DNA of 64,000 bases, from NCBI GenBank assembly GCA_030532065.1, contig JAUNLW010000001.1, positions 587,853 to 651,852 of the forward strand, read 5' to 3'. The first letter of the stretch is position 1; every line of letters starts with the position of its first letter. Shown here in pieces: positions 57,818-64,000 of this stretch. This DNA is from Eubacteriales bacterium. GTDB taxonomy: Bacteria > Bacillota > Clostridia > Saccharofermentanales > DTU023. A program made the position numbers and the translations under genes. The notes under the pieces are model-generated. The model ran no database searches. It worked only from the letters and a program-made list of their open reading frames with translations, and had not been told where the DNA came from.

Positions 57818-57839
57818 CACGCCCTCCGAAGAGGGCGTG
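57818..57839 (-). other. 9-bp GC-rich hairpin with a UUCG loop between the flavoprotein gene and etfB
   Basis: On the minus strand: CACGCCCTC-TTCG-GAGGGCGTG. It is followed by AATTTATC, a weak U-tract, so it may be a partial terminator or stabiliser. Confidence 0.5.
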
Positions 57840-57851
57840 TACTAAGTTCTA

Positions 57852-59009
57852 TTAGGGCAGCAGACGGCTGTAAGCCCAGTCTTCCAGCAAGGGAGTTGAT
57901 TCACCGATCATGATGAGCTTAGCCAGATCGCGGCTGGCAGCAGGTGCTTCAATTACACCATTACCGCCGTAACCGGTAGCCAGCATATAGCCTTCAACCG
58001 GAGTCTCACCCAAAATGGGCCAGAAGTCCTTCGGCTCAGCACGATATGAGAGCCAGGAAGAAACCAGGCCGCTGTCTACAATACCGGGAACCTTCATTTC
58101 TAACTGATCTAAAAGGAAATCAATGAAATAATCGTCGGTACCACCTGTGGCAGGTAGTTTGTCGGGATCCCACTGTCCTGCGTGCATAGGATTGCTGAGA
58201 TCCATGGATAAGTGAGATTTGCAGATGAAGATATTATCGCCTGATCTCAGAGCGTAGAACTCAGGATACTTGAGAACCGGGAAGGTATAGGAGAGTTTCT
58301 TTCCCGGAGGAGAAAGGAAGAATGCCTCGGCTTTTGTGTGCCAGAGAGGTACGTCCAAGCCGGCCATTTTACCGGTAAAGCGACTCCATGGGCCACTGGC
58401 ATCGACTACTACGTCAAACTCATAGGTCTCGGGCTCAGAAGTCTTAACACCTTTTACTTTGCCATTTTCCACAATCACTTCTTCAACCTTTACGCCGGTC
58501 TTAAGGATGCCACCGTTAGCAACAAACTCTTTTGCGAAATGGTTGGAAATCATGGTACCATCAAAGTAACCGTCATCTTTAGTGTAGCCTGCGCCCAGTA
58601 TATTATCCGTGGAAATATCAGGCAGGATCTCTTTGATCCGGTCCTTATCAGTGATATATTCACCACTGTAACCAGCTGACTTAGCCAGAGCAATACCGGT
58701 CTTAATAGTTTGCTCTACCTGCTCATTGGTAGCTACTACCAGTGTACCGGTGTTGTCGAAACCAGCTGACCCCTTCTCGTTGGCTTCCATCTTGAGATAG
58801 GTCTCAAAGCCATAGAGACGAACATCCCAGTATCTGTTCTTTAAGGAATCATCAAAAAGGCAAACTGTGCCGGCAGATTTAGCGGTAGACGCACCTCCGA
58901 CGGTGTCCTTTTCAAATACAGTTACCTCCGCGTTATCGTAGAGGCTGAGGTTATAGGCTAAGCAAGTTCCTGAAATACCGCCGCCGATAATACCGATTTT
59001 CTTCTTCAT
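57852..59009 (-). CDS. FAD-dependent oxidoreductase, DAO family (glycine/sarcosine/D-amino-acid oxidase-like)
   Basis: The protein is 385 aa. It has the N-terminal dinucleotide-binding motif IGIIGGGISG and a C-terminal ATGYGGNGV typical of DAO-family enzymes. The substrate is unknown. Confidence 0.8.
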   Translation of the reverse strand: MKKKIGIIGGGISGTCLAYNLSLYDNAEVTVFEKDTVGGASTAKSAGTVCLFDDSLKNRYWDVRLYGFETYLKMEANEKGSAGFDNTGTLVVATNEQVEQTIKTGIALAKSAGYSGEYITDKDRIKEILPDISTDNILGAGYTKDDGYFDGTMISNHFAKEFVANGGILKTGVKVEEVIVENGKVKGVKTSEPETYEFDVVVDASGPWSRFTGKMAGLDVPLWHTKAEAFFLSPPGKKLSYTFPVLKYPEFYALRSGDNIFICKSHLSMDLSNPMHAGQWDPDKLPATGGTDDYFIDFLLDQLEMKVPGIVDSGLVSSWLSYRAEPKDFWPILGETPVEGYMLATGYGGNGVIEAPAASRDLAKLIMIGESTPLLEDWAYSRLLP

Positions 59010-59021
59010 GTTCTGTCCTTT

Positions 59022-60299
59022 CTAATCAAAAAATTTAATTTGGTCTGCTGCTAATACTGTTTCTAACAAAAGGTCAAAGCCTAAGCCCAGATCTTCTGGC
59101 CGAGAGTATTCTTCCTTGCAATGGCTCTTACCAGCAACACTGGCAACAAAGATCATGGCCGTGGGGAAATGTTCTGCCAATAAGAGCGAATCATGGAAGG
59201 CCCCGCTTGGCAGAACGGTATAAGGTATGGAGCTGGCCTCAGCTTGCTCTTTTATAAGCTGCTTAAGGCCTTCATGCATAGGCATCGGCGCATGGCTAAG
59301 CTGTTCTTGCCAGTTATAGCTAACACCGGCCTCGCGGCAAATTTGATCTAAATCTTCGCGGAGAGCTGTAGCCAATCTTTCCATCAGTTTTGCTTCTTGA
59401 TCGCGAATTTCCAAAGAGAATTGGCATGCCCCAGGAATCACATTTACTGCGGAGGGTTCCACGTGGATCATACCTACTGTACCAACCGTATACTGATCTC
59501 CCAAAGTTTTTACGCGTTCTGGGAGTTGAGCGATAAATTTTGCCGCAGCGACCAAAGCATCGTGCCGCTGGTCCATCCTAGTGCTTCCAGCATGGTTTGC
59601 TTCACCCGCGACACTGATCTGCATTCGCTTTACACCGGCGATACTTGAGACAATACCAACAGGCAAACCCATCTGGTCCAAATTACCACCTTGCTCTACA
59701 TGTAATTCCAGGCAACAATGGACAGTTTCCGGGCTTCTTTTGGCCTCTGCCATTTTGTGGAAATCTATGCCGGCATTATGGTAAACATCTTCACGTCTGG
59801 CGCCTGTAATGTCCAAGTCATCGGCCTGCATATTTTGCGCTTCACCTACAAAAGCAGAGCTTCCCACCATACCTGCAGAAAAGCGAAAACCTTCTTCATC
59901 GCTAAATACAATCACTTCTAAGGGATGCTCGCACCGTCTGCCGCTTTCAGACAACGTTTGGCAGACTTCCAGGCCAGAAACACAGCCTAAGACTCCATCA
60001 AATTTCCCGCCGTCAGGAACCGTATCTAAATGAGATCCCATGATTATAGCAGGCGAATCAGCCTGCCTGCCCTCTAAGCGAGCAATCACATTTCCTGCAG
60101 CATCTTGCCGGACGGTCAGTCCTGCTTCCTCACACCAAGTTTCAAAAAGAGCTCTTCCCTTTTGATCTTCTTGAGAAAAAGCCATCCGGGTATGAGTTCC
60201 GTCTTCTTGCAAGCCACATTCATATAGGAGCTCCAAGCGTTCTATTATGCGCTCGATATTTTTGTGCGAATTAGTCAAAATAGCCGAAACCTCCCCCAA
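59022..60299 (-). CDS. M20-family amidohydrolase, allantoate amidohydrolase / N-carbamoyl-amino-acid hydrolase type (paralog 1)
   Basis: It contains GNVIARLEG, MGSHLDTVPDGGKFDG, FSDEEG, GEANHAGST and SGAFHD. The start is uncertain: TTG 60299 from the track, or TTG 60278. Confidence 0.82.
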   Translation of the reverse strand: MGEVSAILTNSHKNIERIIERLELLYECGLQEDGTHTRMAFSQEDQKGRALFETWCEEAGLTVRQDAAGNVIARLEGRQADSPAIIMGSHLDTVPDGGKFDGVLGCVSGLEVCQTLSESGRRCEHPLEVIVFSDEEGFRFSAGMVGSSAFVGEAQNMQADDLDITGARREDVYHNAGIDFHKMAEAKRSPETVHCCLELHVEQGGNLDQMGLPVGIVSSIAGVKRMQISVAGEANHAGSTRMDQRHDALVAAAKFIAQLPERVKTLGDQYTVGTVGMIHVEPSAVNVIPGACQFSLEIRDQEAKLMERLATALREDLDQICREAGVSYNWQEQLSHAPMPMHEGLKQLIKEQAEASSIPYTVLPSGAFHDSLLLAEHFPTAMIFVASVAGKSHCKEEYSRPEDLGLGFDLLLETVLAADQIKFFD

Positions 60300-60445
60300 A
60301 ATTTATATGAGCCTATTATAGGAATCAATTAAGGCTCTTCCTATAGTCGCTCCTGCTAAATTATCTCTTATTTAATTGTCTAAATTGGATAATAGTCTTC
60401 AGCCAGAAACTAAATCTTCTTGGTATTGTAGATAATGCTAAGTGA

Positions 60446-62140
60446 CTACTCTTTAAAATTATTATTGTCGCTGCGCCATTGGGCCATCTGATAGACGATC
60501 ATACCAATCCTTACTGATAGCACTTCGTTGGCATTTTCAAAATCAATACCAGTTATCTCTTTGATACGATTTAAACGGTACATAGCAGTTTTGTAATGGA
60601 TAAATAGATCTTTTGCTGTCTGTGATAAATTAAGTTGATTTGCCAAATAGCAATCAAGAGTCTGGATCAATTCATCTTTTTGTTTATTGTCAGAATTGTA
60701 AAGCGAAAGCAAACTTTCCGGCACAAACTCCATCAGTTTTTCACTACTATCAATTCCATATAGCAATTTAAAGATGCCTAAGTCTGAGAATAATAAACAG
60801 TTTTGATCAGTAATCGAATTTGCCACACCTTCTAAAGATATAGCAGCCAAAGCATCGGTAGCTTCTTCATAGCTGTGTTGTAAAGCAGAAATACCTTGTA
60901 CCACTCGGCCTATTCCAGCCACCAGTGATAAATGTTCGTCTTTTTCCTTAATACATGATGAAAGTTTATTGTAAAACTCATGAAACCAAGCGCGATAATC
61001 AATGAGACTTTGCTCTCGCGCTACAGGTTGAATCCAGGCTACGCGGTCCAGAGTATAATGAAGTTGACCGCCAGGAATCAATCTACCTACACAATCTTTA
61101 AGTAAATTAATCTCTAAGATCTGCTTGTTAAAGTCCACTGAATCATCCAAATTAGAGAAGGCGAAGCAGACAACACGGTAAGTTGCTTCCGGGCTAAGGC
61201 CTGTAAAAACTCGACTACGCTCGATTTCATCTTTAGAGCTCAATTTGCCATTTAAAGTGCTTTCGATCAAATCATTATGGAATTTTTGTTCCAGCTCAAA
61301 AATTGAGTACTGACGGAAAAACTCATATTGTAAGGCCACTAATGCATTCTCAATAGCAATAATATCCAGCGCGCTAAAAGGTGATTGCACTTCCCAAACC
61401 AACAAATAAAGCTCTTGTCCTGATGCCAGCTGCATATCTACACGGTAACGATTAGGCTCACCTTCCTGGAGGTAATAATGATTACGTGAAATGATTTTGG
61501 GGTCCAATAGGAATAAATTTGGGAAATCATCCGACTCTCGATATTCATTATTCGAGGCATAAAGGCACTGATTTCTTTGATCAAAAATTGCAATTGGGTT
61601 GCGAATAAGCTTCTCCAGCATCCCTAAAATTTGCTCAATTGACCCGCCAGCTGGGCTTAAACTGAGCGCACAAAAGTTATCACTGGTTGTTTTGTAATAT
61701 TTAAGTCTGGTGACCTCTTCATTAAATAGATTTTCCATGACTAAACTCATAATCACTTGGAAAGAGACATGAAAAGGAATATTCACCAAAGGGATTTGAA
61801 ACTGATTGCAGTAGTCCTTTAGGAGCTTTATTTTCTCGTCTGCCAAATCAACTTCTCTACCTAGTTTAAGGAAAACTGCACTGACCGTTTTCTCATGGAG
61901 AGCGGCTATGTATTTTGCGAATTCCTCCACTGTACAAGTTTTGAAGGCATAAAGGCCAGTAAGCAAAAGCTCGCCGCCTTCAATAAATTTAACAATATCA
62001 GGAGCTTCAATAATTGTTACTCCCCTGATTTTATTGTCCAGTCCTTGTTCACCCGCTAATAGTTCCATTTCTGGCTCATTAGCTAACTGGGACTGTATTT
62101 TAAGTAATTCTCGTACTGAAAGGCTCATAGTTTTAATCAT
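60446..62140 (-). CDS. pucR: PucR-family (purine catabolism) transcriptional regulator
   Basis: The protein is 564 aa. It has an N-terminal PucR-like domain (LLAGEQGLDNKIRGVTIIEAPD) and a C-terminal HTH (LSQTAKDLFIHYKTAMYRLNRIKEITGIDF). Confidence 0.8.
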   Translation of the reverse strand: MIKTMSLSVRELLKIQSQLANEPEMELLAGEQGLDNKIRGVTIIEAPDIVKFIEGGELLLTGLYAFKTCTVEEFAKYIAALHEKTVSAVFLKLGREVDLADEKIKLLKDYCNQFQIPLVNIPFHVSFQVIMSLVMENLFNEEVTRLKYYKTTSDNFCALSLSPAGGSIEQILGMLEKLIRNPIAIFDQRNQCLYASNNEYRESDDFPNLFLLDPKIISRNHYYLQEGEPNRYRVDMQLASGQELYLLVWEVQSPFSALDIIAIENALVALQYEFFRQYSIFELEQKFHNDLIESTLNGKLSSKDEIERSRVFTGLSPEATYRVVCFAFSNLDDSVDFNKQILEINLLKDCVGRLIPGGQLHYTLDRVAWIQPVAREQSLIDYRAWFHEFYNKLSSCIKEKDEHLSLVAGIGRVVQGISALQHSYEEATDALAAISLEGVANSITDQNCLLFSDLGIFKLLYGIDSSEKLMEFVPESLLSLYNSDNKQKDELIQTLDCYLANQLNLSQTAKDLFIHYKTAMYRLNRIKEITGIDFENANEVLSVRIGMIVYQMAQWRSDNNNFKE

Positions 62141-62199
62141 ATCATGCCTTTTGCCTCGTTTGTTACAGCGGTCAATACTTATGCTTAATATTACGTTAT

Positions 62200-63483
62200 T
62201 TATTCTATTAAAGCGCGTTGTGTTATTGAATATTCTGAATTCTTATTTAACTGTTCAACGGCCAAATCCTTCATTATCTGTATGGCTTTGACAAAATATT
62301 TGATGTCTGTGTATTCAACTGGACAGTGACTTCGACCATTAAGACTGGGAACAAACAGCATAACCGTTGGAATGTAGGGTGCAATCTCCAAGGAATCGTG
62401 TCCTGCACCGCTAGGCATATATCGATAAGAATAACCATGTTTCTTGCAGGAAGCTTCCATAGTGTCCAGCATTGCTCCACACAGATTTACTGGTTCAACA
62501 GAAAGTTTTTGTTGAATTTGGTAGTTTCCGCCCATAGCTTTAGTTTCTTCTTCTACTGAATTGATTAACTTTGAAGAAATATCATCTAGGATCTTTTCAT
62601 TGCGCGAACGAATATCAACAGTAAATTCGCATTCCTCAGCAATTATATTCATGCCACCTGGAAGTACTTTAATCACGCCTACGGTAGCTACAGAACCTTC
62701 GCCGCTTTCTCTGGCCCAATCTGCTATCTGGCAAATAACTTTACTGGCCGCGTCTACCGCGTCTAGGCGCATATCCATAGGTGTAGTACCAGCATGGTCT
62801 GCTCGTCCCACAATTTTAATAACATAACGCTTAATTCCAGCGATACAATCTACTAAACCTAGATCAATTCTTTCTCTATCTAAAACTGGTCCCTGCTCAA
62901 TATGCAGTTCTAAGAAACAAGAAATTGAACCATCTGGCCATTCTGCTTCACCAATGTGTTCCGGATCTAAACCCACAGCCTTCATCGCGTCATAAATGGA
63001 GACGTTATCCATGTCTTTATATTTAAGACAATAACTTGCATCACGTAAGCCCAGCATGGCTCCAGAACCAAAATAGCCAGTTCCAAAGCGCATGCCTTCT
63101 TCATCATTGAAAGCCGCGACAACAAAATCACGTTCAAAACAATCGCCACTCTCCAGCAGCAGGCGTGCCACTTCAATAGCGCAAATCACACCCGCTATAC
63201 CGTCGTAATCACCCCCATGTAGTACAGAATCAAAGTGGGACCCCATCATGACGCAGGGAAGTTCTCTATTTTTACCTGGTATTCTTCCAAACACATTACC
63301 AGCAGGATCGGTAAATACCTCCATACCGGCATCTACCATCATAGAGCTTAGTGCGCTAGCGCAGTCTTGGGCAGCTTTAGTGAAAGGAAGCCTCGTACAA
63401 CCCTCGCCAGGTGTGGCAGTAAAAGCTTTCATTGCATCCAGATCACGCATTAGACGCTGTTTTGTCAGTTCCAATCGCTTCAT
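62200..63483 (-). CDS. M20-family amidohydrolase, allantoate amidohydrolase / ureidoglycolate amidohydrolase type (paralog 2)
   Basis: The protein is 427 aa. It contains GNVFGRIPG, MGSHFDSVLHGGDYDG, FNDEEG, GRADHAGTT and SGAGHD. Confidence 0.82.
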   Translation of the reverse strand: MKRLELTKQRLMRDLDAMKAFTATPGEGCTRLPFTKAAQDCASALSSMMVDAGMEVFTDPAGNVFGRIPGKNRELPCVMMGSHFDSVLHGGDYDGIAGVICAIEVARLLLESGDCFERDFVVAAFNDEEGMRFGTGYFGSGAMLGLRDASYCLKYKDMDNVSIYDAMKAVGLDPEHIGEAEWPDGSISCFLELHIEQGPVLDRERIDLGLVDCIAGIKRYVIKIVGRADHAGTTPMDMRLDAVDAASKVICQIADWARESGEGSVATVGVIKVLPGGMNIIAEECEFTVDIRSRNEKILDDISSKLINSVEEETKAMGGNYQIQQKLSVEPVNLCGAMLDTMEASCKKHGYSYRYMPSGAGHDSLEIAPYIPTVMLFVPSLNGRSHCPVEYTDIKYFVKAIQIMKDLAVEQLNKNSEYSITQRALIE

Positions 63484-63506
63484 GATAAGGGTCTCCTTGG
63501 GTCTAA

Positions 63507-64000
63507 TTAAATCTTGGCATCGCGATTACAGTCTTTTGAATAGAGATAAGTAAGGTCTTCTTCATTTCCTACGCCATAGCATGCTTGTGGGCAGTAAGCA
63601 TCTAAGAAGACATAATCACCTTTTTTTACAGGAACCCAATCATCATCAAGACGGTACATAGCCTTACCACTTAAGAAGTACATGCCATGCTCTTGGATAT
63701 GGGTCTCAATATAGCCATGCGAAGCACCAGGCGCAAAACGCAGGATATGGAAGTTCATATCAAATCCCAGATTATTGGCTGCAGGTAATAAATCTTTTAT
63801 CTGGCAGTGTGTCATGCCTTCATAGTCAACCCATTCGAGATCATTTACATTGCCAACCACTCTTTCAGCCTCATAGCCTTCCAGACGATCATAACGTCTC
63901 TTATAGACAAAAAGTTGCGAATCAGCCTGACCAGTAAAGCTGATTAACTGACTTTCAGGCGCAAAGATGTACCAACCTTCTTTTAACGCGAATGCTTCAT
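63507..64000 (-). CDS. cupin-family protein, (S)-ureidoglycine aminohydrolase-like; 5' end beyond the right window edge
   Basis: I hand-checked that the frame stays open from 63860 up to 64000 (..EAFALKEGWYIFAPESQLISFTGQADSQLFVYKRRYDRLEGYEAER-VVGN..). The ORF-track GTG at 63860 is therefore internal. The C-terminal cupin carries IETHIQEH, then Q 34 residues later (an E-x-H-x3-H...Q ligand pattern). Confidence 0.7.
   Translation of the reverse strand, partial: EAFALKEGWYIFAPESQLISFTGQADSQLFVYKRRYDRLEGYEAERVVGNVNDLEWVDYEGMTHCQIKDLLPAANNLGFDMNFHILRFAPGASHGYIETHIQEHGMYFLSGKAMYRLDDDWVPVKKGDYVFLDAYCPQACYGVGNEEDLTYLYSKDCNRDAKI

Overview
This 64-kb window is a chromosomal segment of a Gram-positive-type bacterium. 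The order rpsJ...rplQ-ecfA-ecfT-truA, RqcH, ComEC and a type-Z S14 look Bacillota-like, but I cannot fix the taxon from the sequence. All calls come from reading the sequence and the ORF track by hand. No searches or folding programs were run.

Nearly all genes are on the minus strand and are housekeeping, in this order:
- comEC (partial), engB, two tandem PRPP-synthetase-like paralogs, nagB, rqcH, queH
- ruvC-ruvA-ruvB, dtd, tRNA-Ala(GGC), a GH3 hexosaminidase-like protein
- pheS-pheT, ansA, ridA, pncB, truA, ecfT, a fused ecfA1-ecfA2
- the complete alpha/spc/S10 ribosomal cluster: 29 r-protein genes plus rpoA, infA, map, adk and secY. rpmJ is missing from the ORF track and was found by hand.
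- trpS, ctpA, an M23/EnvC-like peptidase, ftsX-ftsE, a CdaR/PucR-like regulator, fhs, a Crp-family regulator
- tRNA-Leu(UAG), lepA, lepB, aspS, hisS, mntR

The only accessory-looking block is the right end (56.0-64.0 kb). It holds etfA, etfB, a DAO-family flavoprotein, two allantoate-amidohydrolase-type M20 paralogs, a PucR regulator and a ureidoglycine-aminohydrolase-type cupin that is cut by the window edge.

I saw no CRISPR array, transposase, integrase, prophage or recognisable defence genes.

The items most worth a second look are:
1. The ETF-linked ureide/purine catabolic cluster.
2. The tandem long Prs-like pair, in which the upstream copy has lost catalytic signatures.
3. A promoter, structured leader and intrinsic terminator upstream of rpsJ.
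4. A very short promoter-terminator-RBS arrangement in front of pheS that has no T-box.
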